From assembly GCA_043228905.1 (NCBI GenBank), contig JBHGNT010000007.1:16120001-16184000 (forward strand): 64,000 bases of DNA. Direction: 5' to 3'. Positions 47,186 to 61,584 of this stretch are shown one piece after another; position 1 is the first letter of the stretch; every line of letters starts with the position of its first letter. The notes under the pieces are model-generated. The model was given only the letters and a program-made list of their open reading frames with translations, made no database searches and was not told where the DNA came from. The DNA is from Azolla caroliniana (lineage: Eukaryota > Plantae > Polypodiophyta). A program made the translations under genes and the position numbers.

Positions 47186-49395
47186 CAGAGAGTCTAGACT
47201 CTAGAGTACATAGAAACATTGTCCTCGATATTTGTCAATAATATTCTTATTGAATTACTATTCTCAATAATGGTAATTCATTTTGTCATTGAAAGATGGG
47301 AGGCATTAAAGTGTGTATATCTTTTAAGGAGACCAACAACTCATCATTTTTGGTTGGTCTGTCTATAGACCACTTTGTCTTTCATTCACTTTGACCCATT
47401 GTCCATAAAAGAAACAAATTTCAATAATGTTCAATAATTCACTTTGACCCGTGGCCCATTGATGCAAGAGAGCTTTCTCAAGGAATTGATCACTTTGACT
47501 TTTCTTAGAATCTGTTCAATAATTCATATCTTATTTATAGAAGAGAGTTCCCTTTGGGATTTGAACACTTTCACTTTTCTTAGACAAAGTAGAGGGAGGC
47601 TGGAGCCTTTATTATTGCTACCTATTCATTTGTCCTGGCATTTGTAGTCATTTAAAGAGTCAAGACGAAGTTATGCTTTCACTATCTTATTAGTAATATC
47701 ACCTTCCAAGAAAAAGAACTCCCTTGAAATCCTACCAAGCCTGGAATTTTAGAAGACTTTTCGACTGCAACAGCTTGTCTCTTGGTATTTGCATCCCCCA
47801 ATTTCTTGAATGTTCCAAATTCGACCTAAAAACATCTCTAAACAGGGTTATGCGCCACTTGAATCAATAGAAGCGAAGGGAAGGGGCCTACGTTAGCGGA
47901 TGACACACACTTGAATGTGACGCAATCGGGATCTTCCGTTTCTTCTTGGACACGCAGAAGAAGAAGAAGTTATGCCTCTACTATCTATAATCCCAAGTTG
48001 TTAAGCCATGTCATGGGTAATGCCGCGACAGTTTTACCCAGTTCAAAGAGTAAGTTTGACTATGCCACACCTTACTGTCTCTCATTCTCACTCTCTCTCA
48101 CGTTAACTCTCAACTTAATCGATTAATAGGTCTTAACTAGAATCCACATTTAAGTACACGTATAAAAACGACAATTGTTTCGATTATTATGAGAGTATGT
48201 GACACACATACAAGGGGTAGATTGATTAGGGTTTGTCTAAGTAGCACTTAACCATAATCACTCTTTGGTTCGAATGAAAGATTAAGAAAATGGAATTAGA
48301 GATCTAGTTATAATTATATGAAAGGAGAAAACCCAAGAAGTAAGAACAACTACAAAACTTGACAAAATATGACTTTCTTAGCTTTTTACAATGGGATTGG
48401 GCAAATTTCCAGGAATAGTGTCAACATTCCGGTTACATTGGGACTTTTGCTGGCCAATGTGTGTCATGAACATATGCCAAAACGCCAAGACTCGTAATTA
48501 TTTAGAGATTCGAACCCATGATCTCCTAAAAATTGATGTGTAGCTTTAACCACTAGGATACATTATATTATAAAATATAATGGAAAGTTAGAGAAATTAG
48601 TTCTAAAAATATTTTCGTGTTCCCATGAGGCATTTTTGATAGACTTATCCATCCATTTTATTTTTTCAATTCTCAGATTATTTTACGGCATAAATTTTTT
48701 GTTTTAACATCGAGAATTCTTTCTGGTACATGCAGTTTAGAAGATAATTCTTCAGAAGTAACTAGAGTTTCAGTTGTAACTGTATTCTCACGAGAACCTA
48801 GAAGTTCTTTTACACGACTTACATGAAAATTTGGATGGATTTCAACGCCATCAGGAAGAGCGAGACGATAGGCTTATGAACCAATGCGTTTGAGGACTGT
48901 AAAAGGTCCAAAAAACCGTGGGGCTAACTTAGTGCACTTACCTGTTGACAATGTCTTAGAATTGTAAGTTACACGTAAAAATACCTTGTGTCAAGGGTTG
49001 AATACACGAGGTTGCCTATTAGGATCAACATAAAAACATGCTCTATCTTGAGTTGTTTTTATGTTATCTCGTGCAATATGCAATATATTGCATATCTCGA
49101 AGAAAGTTTTGCGTACTACGCAACTCATCATGATGTATATTATGTTTGGAGCTATTATAAGCAAAATCCAAAATTGGGAGATAAAGTTCCCATTTTGTTG
49201 GTTTTGCACCAATGTATGCTCGAAGCATGTCCTCAATAATTTGATTTACTCGTTCTGTCTGTCCATCGGATTGAGGGTGATCCGTGGAGCTCATTCTCAA
49301 TGTAGTTTCTAGCTTTTTAAAGACTTGTGTCCAAAAGTCGCTAGTAAACTTTGGATCTCGATCACTCATGATATCTATCTATAACCCATAAAAAC

Positions 49396-49811
49396 TATCA
49401 CGGACGAGTATAATAGAGTAGAATCAAAATGAGACTAAGAACTAGGAGAGAGAAAAAGAACAAGAACTTGAGTTATGATTCTGTAACGGGTTAGAATCAA
49501 GGTGCACCTGAGTATTTATATCAGAAGGTAGAGGTATGTATTCTAGTTAGGAATAGAGAATGCATGTATGCAACCTAGGAATAGAGAATGCATGTAAGAA
49601 ATCTAGGAATAGAGAATGCATAGAAATCTTGGAATAGAGAATGCATGCAAGCTAGGAACTTCCAATGTTCAATCTACCATACATAAATTTGGATTTTAAT
49701 ATAAGGATGCATAGTTGGATGTAGCTTAGTTGGTAGGGTTGCCCAATGGAGACCAAGAGGTCTTGGATTCAATCCCTACCTTTCATTGTGGTGTGGCATA
49801 TGTATATGCCA
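49396..49811. mobile_element. Solo-LTR-like insertion in the integrase, carrying a tRNA-like A/B-box segment (49717-49780)
   Basis: Interrupts CATAAAAAC|GAAA with AAAAC/AAAAT flanks. Contains GGAATAGAGAATGCAT repeats and TAGCTTAGTTGG ... GGATTCAATCC. Confidence 0.6.
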
Positions 49812-50300
49812 AAAATGAAAGAACTCGTCAACAAATGCTTGGTAAGCCAATGCAGGAGTTGTTACCGTGGTTTTAGTAGCAATAAATTTGGCCATTTTAG
49901 TTAGTCTATCACTACAACCCAGATGGCATCATGGCCTTTTTGAGTGGGAGGAATAGAGAATGCATGTAAGAAATCTTGGAATAGAGAATGCATGCAAGCT
50001 AGGAACTTCCAATGTTCAATCTACCATACATAAATTTGGATTTTAATATAAGGATGCATAGTTGGATGTAGCTTAGTTGGTAGGGTTGCCCAATGGAGAC
50101 CAAGAGGTCTTGGATTCAATCCCTACCTTTCATTGTGGTGTGGCATATGTATATTCCAAAAATGAAAGAACTCGTCAACAAATGCTTGGTAAGCCAATGC
50201 AGGAGTTGTTACCGTGGTTTTAGTAGCAATAAATTTGGCCATTTTAGTTAGTCTATCACTACAACCCAGATGGCATCATGGCCTTTTTGAGTGGGAGGAA
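49578..50300. repeat. ~350-bp near-identical tandem duplication of the LTR end plus integrase
   Basis: About 49600-49950 is repeated at about 49950-50300. Confidence 0.9.
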
Positions 50301-51877
50301 GGTTAACAATAAAATTCATGGATATACTTTCCCAGTTATTATTTGGAATATCCAAGGGATGTAAAAGTCCAACAGCTTTAAGTCGCTCGGGTTTGTTAAC
50401 CTGACACCGATGACATTTAGTCACATAGCTATGTATGTGAGGGAATTGAGTGGAGATGAGAACGAGTTTGTGATGTATTCCAATGTGCCCTGTTGAGGGT
50501 GCATCATGGCATTAAAAGAGAATGCTCTTTTTGAGCTCAGGCAAATCTGGAACACAAACCTTCCCATTACGGTGGAGTTGACCGTTTGCAATGTGGAAGG
50601 ATTCCTTTGAGGATGTGGTGGTGTATGTTCCAAACTCAACCCTTGCCTAGTATTTCGCAAAATAACTTTCATAGGATACTTTCCTCGAAGGTGATCATAA
50701 AGATCTGATGTTATTTCAGTGAACCTAAGCACGTTAATTTCACGAATGCAACTTAGTGCATCAGTGACAGTGTTCATGGAACCATTACGATATCATATGG
50801 AAAAATCAAAGTTATGGATGAGATTTGCCCATCGTGCCTTACGACCTTGAAGGTCTTGTTGGTCACAAAAATATTTTAAGGACTCATGGTTCGTAGTTAC
50901 CACAAAACGATTTCCATAAAGATAATGGCGCCATTACTTTAGCACATGAATAACTGCAAATAATTCCTTTTCTTGACAGTATGTTGACATTAAACATAAT
51001 CAAGTTTCTTACACTCGAATGCTATTGGTTTACCATCTTGATATAAGACAATGCTTATAGCATAATCGCTTGCATCAGTTTCAACTTGAAAAGGTTTTGA
51101 AGGATCTGGTAAAAGAAGCAAAGGAGCCTTGCACACCAGGTCCTTGACTTCCTTAAAGGCAAGGTCTAGTATAGCATTCTGTACAATAGGTTTTGTAGAC
51201 TTATGTAGTTGACCTTTTAGAATATTTGTAAACGGCATCGTCAATTGAGAGTAATTGCGAAAAGATTTTCACAAAAACCCGACAAACCCAAGGAATGATC
51301 AAACTTCTCGAATATTCCAAAGAGTGGGCCAAAGTTTGACTTTCTCGATGTGAGAAGGATCTATTTCAACTCTTCTTTCGGTTATGAGATGTCCGAGATA
51401 AGTAATTGATTTCTTGAAGAACTCACATTTTGAGATCTTTGCGTAAAACTATTTGTCGCGTAATGTTGTAAATCAAAGTGGACATGTTTTGCATGTTCTT
51501 CTAATGTACGGCTATAAACTAGAATATCATCCAAGAAAATAATGACAAATTTTCCAAGTTTTTCTCAAAAGATGTCATTCAATTCTTGTTGAAATATGGC
51601 CGGAGCATTGGTCAAACTGAAATGCATGACCAAAATCTCATAATGGCCATAGCGCGTACGAAATGCCGTTTTAGGGACATCCTCCTCACTTGTACAAATT
51701 TTATGGCAGTATGTATGAAGATCAAGTTTTGTTAAATATCGAGCTCCCTGGAGACGGTCAATTAGATTGTCAGCTCAGGTCAATGGATATGAATTCTTGA
51801 TCTTCACTTTATTCAAGCGTTGGTAATTAATACACATACACCATGTGCCCTCTTTCTTTTTTACCAAGAGAAAGGTG

Positions 51878-53880
51878 TGTTAAGAGTCTATTACTAATCA
51901 ATAGACCAAACTAAAGTAAAAGAAGGAAAATAGATTTGATAGAAGAACCCGTTCCACCTGACCACCCTTAAGCTATGATCTAGACATAGCCAACCTACCA
52001 CCGACGTCCCATATCGCCAGATATTAGGATGACTAATACCTTGGAAGAGATAAACACGATCGTCAAGACGAAAGCCTAGCCCACACCACCGGTGTTTAAG
52101 ACAACAGCCTTGGACGACGTAATGTGCTTATGTGGGTAGCTAAGCCTCATATTTATACCTTTTCCTGGGCCCCTTGAATAGATGTGCCTTTCTAAAAGGC
52201 TCCATTCATTGGTTGTCCAAATCATGATAGTGCATGCACCTAACATTCCTTCTATCCAATAACATTAGTCCCCTTTTTAAACATTAGTGAACATACCCTT
52301 CACTTATGTAAATATTAATGATCTACCCTCACCTACGTTATGTGCACATAACATACTCCTCTATTTCAAAGATTGCACTCTTGCTATATTAAGTGAGGAA
52401 ATCATGCCTTAAAAGTATGCTCGTGTTCCCACGTGGCATCATCAATAGGTTTTTCCATCCATTTGATCTTGAATAGCCAAATGAATCTCTTTAGAACGTA
52501 AAAGTTTAATACGAGAATCAAGAATTCGCTCAGGAACATGAGTTTTGTAAGAAAAATCCTCTAGTGTTACAAGATCTTGGATTGTGATGGTGTTATCACT
52601 AGAGCCTAAAAATGGTTTTAGACGACTAACATGCAAAACGGGATGAATACCAATGTTATGGGGTAAGGCAAGGTGATAAGGAGATGACCCAAGTCGCTTA
52701 AGGATTTCAAATGGGCCACAATATCATGGGGCTAACTTAACGCACTTGCCTGTAGACAATGACGTAGAGTCAATAGGGAAATGCAAAACAACTTTTTGAC
52801 CAATAGTAAATGCAAGAGGACATCTATCTTGATCAGCATAAAATCGAGCACAATCGTGAGTTGTCTTAACATTTTCTTTAGCAATATGCAACATTTGGTT
52901 CATGCCTTGCAAACAATTGTGTGTACTGTCTAATGTATCACGATGAATCGTGACATCGACTGGGGCACATGGCTTAAAACCATACATCAACATAAAAGGA
53001 CTATATCCAGTGGATGTATGTTTAGAGCTATTATAGGAAAATTCTAAGATAGGGGTATTGCTCCCACTTAGAAGGGGTTTTTGCTACATAAGCTCGAAGC
53101 ATGTCCTCAATCATTTGATTAACTCATTCAGTTTGTCCATTAGATTCAGGATGATCTGCAGAACTCATGCTCAACGTAGTTTCTAGTTTCTTAAAGACTT
53201 GAGTCCAAAAGTCACTAGTAAACTTGGAATCTCGATCATTAACAATATCCATCGATAATCCATAAAAACGAAATAACTCATCAATAAATTGATAAGCCAA
53301 TTGTTGAGTGGTTACCGTGGTTTTGGTAGGAATAAATCTAGCCAATTTTGTTAGTCGGTCAACGACAACCCAAACGACATCATGACCCCTCTGTGTACGA
53401 GGTAAACTAACAATAAAATCCATCGAGATACTTTCCCATTTGTTGTTGGGAATATCTAAGGGATATAAAAGACCAGTAGCTTTAAGTCGTTCTGACTTAT
53501 TGATCTAACATCGTAAGCATTGAGTCATGTATTTATGCACGTCAGAGCGCATCTTAGGCTAAAAAAAAGTACTCGAGATGAGAATGAGTGTGTGTTATAT
53601 TCCAGGATGACCAACAAATGGTGCATCATGACATTCATGAAGAATTTTCTGTTTTAATTTGGTAAATCTAGAACATAGACCTATCCACTACGTTAGAGCA
53701 AATCGTTTGTAATGTGAAACATTGCCTTCGAGGTTAGGGTGCTAGTAACTACATCTAAACCAGATTCGGCTTTCGTCCAGTATTTTGAGAAATAACTATC
53801 ATCAAGGTATTTCCCTCAAAGGTGATCTAAAAGATCAAATTTGATTTCCGTGAAGCTAAGCATGTTAATTTCTCGACTCA
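51878..53880 (-). mobile_element. Chromovirus 3' half (integrase, chromodomain, PPT, 3' LTR 51878-52353) abutting the RT of the previous element
   Basis: MDFIVSLPRTQRGHDVVWVVVDRLTK. LTR and chromodomain are homologous to 10755-11796. Confidence 0.88.
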
Positions 53881-54956
53881 GGCAACTAAAGAAACGAAAG
53901 TACAACTTCAAGGTGTTTTATCGCATGTAGTCATGGCTTCGATTAATTGTGGCTCAGAGATAAACCTCATGTCCTCAGAGGTTTACAAGCAAGGAGGGTG
54001 ACTGATGACTTCTGATCATCATTCAAGCAGCAAGACAATCATCAAAGGAGTTATTGGGAGCTTGCCTAGATGTGGAGGTATCAATTGGTGGTGTTACTGT
54101 GCTTCAACATTTCTTTATTTAGGATTCAACCACACATCTAGTTATATTGAGTCAACCCTTCATGGTTGATGTTCGCATGGATGGAGACAAAGGTGTTGGA
54201 TGATGGATCTGCATATGCTCGGATCAAAGATATGGACGGTGGATGAACAATACAGTTTCAGACAGTTCGATCTAATCCTGAAAGAAATAAGGATAGTTTA
54301 CATGTATCCTCTGATCAGGTTTTTTTTATAGGACTATTGTAAAACAAGGCTACAATACTCCGGGACAACAAAAGTCCATGTATGAGAATATTGTTCCGGA
54401 CATAATAAAGTTTATGTTTCTTATACCGGAGCAATCTCCTTTTCTTCTGTTGATGACTTTAATCATAAAAGCCAAGGAAATGTGGAAGGCATTCGGGTGA
54501 TGTTTCTTAAGTATCGAATTCTGGAACTGGATGATCAGGTGTTAGGAGTTAAGGAGGAATTTTCCTTTGTGGCTACCTTTGGCGAGCTAGAAAATTCTTT
54601 GTATTCAAATGAAGGTCAATCATTTTTATTCTGGCCAATTCAATGTATATGTATGCTGAAATTGCAACATTTGGAAATTAGATGGATATGGTTGCTCGCA
54701 TCCATACAAAATATAAGACAGTGGATCGGAAAGTTCGACTTGTAGCGGAACCATTGTTTTCGCTTTTTCACCTTCAAAGATAGGTTGTTTGGACCCATAG
54801 TTGGTGGAGCCAATGATTATCTTTATTGTCCCTCATATACCTTGGAACTTGAAACCAATTCTTGTTCCAAGAGCTCATATTCCGAGGCTCATTGAGTTGC
54901 TGAAAGAGAAGGTGCATATGGGTATCTTGGTGGCTTCTAATGCTCCGTATTCTAAC
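53880..54956 (+). mobile_element. Decayed Ty3/gypsy protease to RT N-terminal fragment, different family
   Basis: Remnants INCGSEINLMSSEVY and PILVPRAHIPRLIELLKEKVHMGILVASNAPYSN. Confidence 0.6.
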
Positions 54957-57900
54957 TGTTGATGGGGTGGGGCTTCACCCCCCCTCCTAAGGGGATTACG
55001 ATAGAGGGAGAAAAGGAGAGAGTGAAAATAAGAACGACACCAAAATGAGAGGGGAAAAATTTATATTCCTTATGTGCCCCATAAGGGGTTTTTATAGTAA
55101 ATAATATAACGGTAAATAATGACCATTACAAAAACACGACCGTTACATTCTTGTCACACGCACATAATTATGCATATGCTCACACATACTCATCCTCACA
55201 CACTTGTATATATATTATTGTAACGAATCATATATGATTCTTGTGAAGCAGAAGAGATATGAGTTATGTGTGTGTATGAGAGAGAGAGTGTGAGTGAGTG
55301 AGAGAGACAAGGAGTAAGACACAGAGAATACGCAAGGTAAAAGTATATTAACAAAGGAGAAAAACTTAACTTAATACAAGGTGGGAGGAGGGTGCTTTAT
55401 GTAGTCACCCTCTCTCTTCGTTAACTACAAGACTCATGGAGCATGGGGAATGTGAAAGCTCATAAGTTATGTGTCATAGAATATGATTCTATGACTCATA
55501 CTAAATGCTAGAATACAAAGAGGTGACATAATGGTGACTCTTGACCATTGGAGTGTCTATTCACTCTCAAGGTGAGTTCACACACTAGACCAAGTTGAGC
55601 TTGATTCTCAACACGCCCCCTTAAGCTCAAGTTGGGTCGGTTTCAAATGGTATCTGAAATCCGCTTCGACTCGCGTTCTGGAGTCCGCGTCGACTCGCAT
55701 TTATGCAGAGTTGCGGAATCCGTGCTCCAGCTTGCATTGTGCGTAGTTGCGAAGTCTGCGCTTCGGCTTGCGTCTTTCTTCGCGGCTTTGTCGCGTTATT
55801 GTGTAGTGTGCGCAGTTTGCGAAATCCACACGTTATTGCGTAATGTCTTTAGTACTCCCCCTCAAGCTCAGCAGGTCAGGGATCGTCAATCCGAGATCGG
55901 TCATGAATTGCCATAGTTTGTCGACTCCTAAGGCTTTAGTGAAGATGTCGGCCGTTTGAAGATTGGTGCTAATGTGTTGTAGGTCGACATCGCCAGCTAG
56001 AAGGCGCTCTTGGATGAAGTGATAGTGCACCTTGATGTGCTTTGTCCGCGCGTGGAACACCGGGTTCCGAGCCAGATAGATACTACTCATGTTGTCGCAG
56101 TAAAGGGAAGTCAGATCCTTGATGGGTACGCCTAGATCCTTGAGTATCCTTGATGGCTTCACATGCGACCACTGTCGTGCCCCTGTATTCCACCTCTATG
56201 CTCGAAAGAGCGACGGTTGGTTGCTTTTTGCTGCTGCAGCATATTGCTCCGCTGCCGAGGGAGAAAACAATCTGGAGGCTGATCTTCTATCGGCTTTGTA
56301 GCCGGCCCAATCGGTGTGTGTGTACCCCTCAAGTCGTATTGGCATCGCAGTCTTGTAGAGGATGTTGCAATCCATTGTGCCGCTCACGTATCGTAGAACT
56401 CGCTTAGCGCAATCCAACTGAGTATCGCGCAGTGTTTGCATGAATTGACTAAGGAGACCGACCGGATAGCTGAGATCGGGTCGAGTGATCATGAGGTAGA
56501 TGAGACTCCCGATGACTTGCCGATACTGAGTCGACTCACACGCTTTGGTGCCAGAGTTCGCATCCAGTTTGAGATTGCGATCGAGCGGGGTTGCCGCGGA
56601 TTTGCACTCAGCCATCCCGAACTTGTATAACAAGTTGAGGATGTGGTGCCGTTGAGAGATCATGATTTCGGCCGGAGTCCGAATTACCTCGATGCCGAGG
56701 AAGTAGCGGAGCTTCATGTCCGTCATCTCGAACTTGGCGGAAAGGAGGGATTTGACCTTATTAATTTCGACGAGATGCTCACCTCCAATGACTAGGTCAT
56801 CCACATATAAGATAATGACGATCGGACTGGCGGAATCGCTTCGTATGTAGAAGGAGTTGTCTGATTTTGACATAAGGAAGCCGATTTGATGAAGATATTG
56901 TGTTATCTTCGAATGCCAAGCATGTGGTGCTTGCTTGAGGCCATAGAGTGGCTTCTTGAGTCACCGTACAACTTTCGGATGGGTGCTCGAGTTGAAGTCA
57001 AGTGGTTATATCATGTACACCTCCTCTTCCAATTCACCTTGTAGAAAGGCGTTCTTGACGTCCATTTGATGGAGGTGCCACCCTTTCGCTGCGGCAAGCG
57101 CAATTACGGTCCGTACCGTCATCATCTTTGCCACTAGGGCAAAGGTCTCTTCGTAGTCAACTCCGTGCGTTTGTGCGTAGCCTTTCACTATGAGTCGCGC
57201 TTTGTAGCGGTTGACGGAACTGTCGGCGTTGTACTTCACTCTGTAAATCCATCTGCATCCGATCGCCTTTTTGTGTGGTGAGGTGGGAACGAGATCCCAT
57301 GTCTCGTTCTTGCGTAGTGCCTGCATCTCCTCGTTCATGGCTTCGATCCATCGCGGATCCTTGGCTGCTTCGGAAAAAGTTTCCGGCTCGCGTACTGTCG
57401 CCACCTTCATCATAAAGGCATAGTGATATGCCATGTAGTCGTTGTAGCCGAATCGGCTAACCGGATTCTTTTCACGGGTGGAGTGACAGAGCTTTTTATT
57501 TGCAGAGATGAGGGCTTTCTTAGCTCCGATTGGTACATTGAAGCCGCCGAACTCACTGTCGAGTGAGTGAGTCGACTCATCGTCGTCAAAGCAACCGTCT
57601 TCGTAGTCCGACATTTTTGCCTTGCCTTTGTCCATCTTCGGGCTAGGCCGTGATGTGCTTTGATCGCTCAAAGGCTCTTGTGGTCCGCTCAGTCAGATCG
57701 TGATCGGACTTTCTTCGAACATGCGCATAAGGTGATCTTCATCCTCTATCTCTTGTTCGGCGGATTCCAGGTCAAGCGGAGTCGGAGTCGGAGTTGTCTC
57801 TGGTGCGTACCAGGATGCGGACTCGTGAAAAACGACGTCTCGACTTACTCGAGATTTTTGAGTTGAGGGGTTGTAGCACTTGTACCCCTTTTGCTCCAGT

Positions 57901-60900
57901 GAGTATCCTACGAGGATACATTTCTCCGACTTCGGGTCGAGCTTTTGACGCTTCTCGTCGGGGATGTGCACATACGCTATCGCGCCGAATATCCGGGTGT
58001 GCCATAAGTCTGGCTTCTTTCCGAAGTATTTTTCGTGCGGAGTGACCTCGTGCACGCCAGATGTTGTGCATCGGTTCATTAGGTAGATGGCCGTATTTGC
58101 AGCTTTGGCCCAATATGACTTGGGCTTATGCTTCTCGTTCATCATGGCCCGCGCTACTTCGAGGATGTGCCGTTTTTTGCGCTCGGCTACTCCGTTTTGT
58201 TGCGGAGTGTGTCGGCAAGTGAATTCTCGCCGAATTCCTTCCTTTTCGAGATACTCGCCAAATTCCTTCCTTTCGGAGATACGCCGTGAAATTGTCCGAG
58301 AAGTACTCCTTGCCGCCATCCGATCGAAGACAACGTACATGTCGCCCGTGGCTTTCTTGACTTCATTCTTGAATGTTTGGAAGTGCCCGGACACTTCACT
58401 CTTTTGCCGCAGTGGGTAGATCCAAGTGTGTCTGGAGAAGTCATCGATGAAGAACACGTAATATCGGCATCCGCCGAATGTAGCCGTCTGCGCCGGTCAC
58501 CATACGTCGGAATGGACTACGTCGAGTAGACCTTTGCTCACGTTTCACTCTTTCAGGAATGGGTGTCGGTGTTGCTTGCTGAATTGGCACGCTTCGCATA
58601 CACCTTCGATCTCCTTCTCTTTGAATATCGGGAGTCCGATGACGACTCCTTTCAATTTCATTGCTTTGAGTTTGTTGAGATTGATATGGCCGATTCACTT
58701 GTGCCACAGCTCTATGTCGGGGTCGGCTTTCATGCCCTTTGCGAACATGGCCGATTTCATCTCGTGTCAGTCGAGAATGAACATTCGGCCCTCTCTTCGT
58801 CCGCGTGCGATGAGTTGGCCCTCTTTTTCGATGAAGCAACCGCCTTGATTAAATCGAACTTGCATCCCTTGCTCTACAATTTGGCCGACGGAGACCAAAT
58901 TCTTTGTAATGGTCGGTACATGCAAGATATTTTTAATGTAATTTTGCTTACCATCATTTCCGAACAGAACATTGCCGATGTGCCGAATCGGGTGCGTAGT
59001 GTCATCTCCGATTTCGACATAGCCAGGTCGGTCCGGCTCTCGAAGTTCTCGAAACCATTCTTGATGCGATGTCATATGTTTCGAGGCACCGGAATCGAGG
59101 AACCATACGTCTTCCGAACGGGAGGCACTAGTTGAGGTAGAGGCTGACATAGAGTTTGCTCTATGTTTCATCATGAACATTCCGCCACGGTCGGAGTTGT
59201 GTGCATACATTCCGCCACGATCTTCGTAGTCGGAGTTGTGCCCGTACATTCCGCTATACTCTTCGTAGTCGGAATTGTGCGCGTAATTCGTGAGTTGTCC
59301 GCTTGTGGAAGCCGTTTCGCGCATCTTCTTTCGGCACTCTTCTTCGTTGTGGCCAAGCTTTCCACAATATCCGCATTCGGTTGCGTTTTGTCGGCTCGGG
59401 CCGGAGTGGAAGCTCGCCCTTCTTGCGAAGGTTCCTCATTCGCTTCCGTTTTGCGGCCAAAATTGAGAGTTATTGTCGTAGGTCGAACCTCGTCCGCCTT
59501 GTCCTTGGCCGAATCGGCCTCTCGCTCGTCCGTGTCCTCTTCCTCCGACTCGTTGCTCCTTATACTCACGTGGTTTTCTTTGACCAATAGCATTGATTGG
59601 AGCTCGAAGAAGGAGGGAGATTTCTCCCTTGCTAGAACGGCGGTTCGCATCGCGCCGAACCGTGGTGCGAGGCTGCCGAGGCATATTTGCACCATCTCAT
59701 CATCATCTATACTTACGCTTATCGAGCCGAGCGAGTCACAAAGCTCCTTGATATTCAAGGTGTATGTCGTGATGGACATGTCCCTTTGTTGAATGTTGTT
59801 CAACTCTTGGTGGAGTTGAAGCCTTCTTGCGGTTGTGTTCACTGCGAAAATCTTTCGTAGATTTTCCCATGCCTCCTTTGGCGTCTTGGCTTCGCGAATG
59901 TAGCCGAGCATGTGATCGTGAACACATGTTGCCAAACAATACATCACGCGGCTTGCGGTTTGCTCCCATGTCGCGTATCCTGGAACCGCTTCGGCGGGTC
60001 AGTCTTCGTGATCTCCTTTTATGTAGCTCCAATAGCCTTGTCCGACAAGGTATTGGTGCATCTTGTCATCCCAAGATGCGAAGTTGCTTCGATCCAACTT
60101 CTCGGTAGGAAGAGCGCTCCCCATTTGAGTATTCATTATGTTGATTCTTCTTCTTCTTCTTCTTCTCTCTTCGAATGCGAGCTATGTAGCGAAGCTACAA
60201 TAGCGATGAGCCGGTTCTTGGTTGTCGGCGTAGAGCACAACACACGATCACGATGAGGCGAATGGGCTAGATCGAGCTACCAAATCGCTCTGATACCATG
60301 TAACGAATCGGATATGATTCTTGTGAAGCGGAAGAGATGTGAGTTATGTGTGTGTGTGAGAGAGAGACAAGGAGTAAGACATAGAGAATACGCAAGGTAA
60401 ATGTATATTAACAAAGGAGAAAGACTTAACTTAGTACAAGGTGGGAGGAGGGTGCTTTATGTAGTCACCTTCTCTCTTCATTAACTACAAGATTCATGGA
60501 GCATGGGGAATGTGAAAGCTCATAAGTTATGTGTCTAAATGCTAGAATACAAAGAGGTGACATAATGGTGACTCTTGACCGTTGGAGCATCTATTCACTC
60601 TTAAGGTGAGTTCACACACTAAACCAAGTTGAGCTTGATTCTCAACAATTAGATATTACATGCCTTAGACTTTACACACCATACACATTACACCTTATCC
60701 ATCCTGTACACCTATATGGATAACACCTGTCACGCCTGTGGGACAATGCATTGCACGTCGGACCCACAAGCCCATGCCGAAAAACCTTTCGTTGACCGTA
60801 ACTCCATTGGTCTTTTCTCACAATTGGAAATTCCTCGATTGCATTACTGCTCGACGATCGATAACTTCAATCGGAGCTAGCTTGACACAAACCTTCTTGT

Positions 60901-60950
60901 TCGGTTAGCATAATCGCTCGATTGGATCGCACGCCAATCGTCTTATCCAC
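54957..60950 (-). mobile_element. LTR (54957-55218 plus 60648-60725) and adjacent internal remnant, interrupted by copia B
   Basis: TGTTGA...GATAACA ends, reverse TATA TTTATAG, and sequence continuity across the copia TSD. Confidence 0.55.
55219..60647 (-). mobile_element. Full-length but frameshifted Ty1/copia, family B; LTRs 60299-60647 and 55219-55613
   Basis: TG..CA LTRs; TSD ATTAT/ATTAG; PBS-Met at 60287-60298; PPT AAGGGGGCG. Motifs [44 protein letters not shown] and YCDNMSSI. Confidence 0.95.
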
Positions 60951-61429
60951 TGTGGTACCGTTATTTAGGTTTATCAATAATTGTGGGTGTATGTGGGTGT
61001 GTATATATAGATATAGATAGGTTTTACTTCCTTAGTATGTGTAGTGATGAATTGTGTTTCCGAAATTTTATGTCCTACCACTCAGGTTTTTTTTTTTTCT
61101 AAAATTATATTAAGTACCCTCTAGTTTTAGAAATCTCGTGTCTTGCCCTTTTGTTTCCGAAATTTGTTTGCGTGCCCTCACATTTCTAAAATTCCTTACT
61201 ATGCCCTTGTGCTTTTGAAATTTTGTCTTCTACCCTTGACCTTTTAAAATACTTGTGCGTGCCCTCATGTTATTGTAATTTTCTATATGCCCCTCTTCTA
61301 CTTCTTGAATCCTTTTCCTTGCAATCCAACTATTTTCCCAAGTTGGGCCTCAATAGCCTCCATCTTCATTCTCCAATTCACAATTCGTACTCCAGCCTTT
61401 CAATTCTGGCGAATGGTGGTGGCGGCAGC

Positions 61430-61584
61430 GGCGACATCCAATTTATCAGCAATCTTATCATGGTATTCCTCATGTTGTATGCATAGTTTTCCAAAGAATT
61501 CTTTGATTCAATCTTCTTCCTGTGCTCCTCATCCTTAGACTTGTACTTCTCAGTATCACCTACCATATTCTCAATCTCTTCCTC
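61430..61584 (-). pseudogene. HSP70: Isolated cytosolic HSP70 C-terminal fragment
   Basis: [40 protein letters not shown], then DKIADKLD after a frameshift; no other HSP70 sequence nearby. Confidence 0.85.

Larger units (their letters stand above)
38089..48253. repeat. Local segmental duplication: units about 38089-40893 and 45166-48253, each with 3' UTR, gene and upstream region
   Basis: Colinear similarity covers the 3' UTR, the CDS and over 1.2 kb upstream. Confidence 0.9.
48600..51877 (-). mobile_element. Decayed Ty3/gypsy chromovirus pol (RT, RNase H, IN)
   Basis: PDPSKPFQVETDASDYA and SDRDPKFTSDFW..HPQSDGQTERVNQ; RT remnants at 51300-51877. Confidence 0.88.

Noticed and set aside
49717-49780. 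tRNA gene
   Set aside because: A and B boxes are present but there is no proper acceptor or anticodon stem; it lies inside a TE.
59190-59290. Three Y(A/G)HNSD peptide repeats in copia B
   Set aside because: Ordinary linker slippage between gag and protease.
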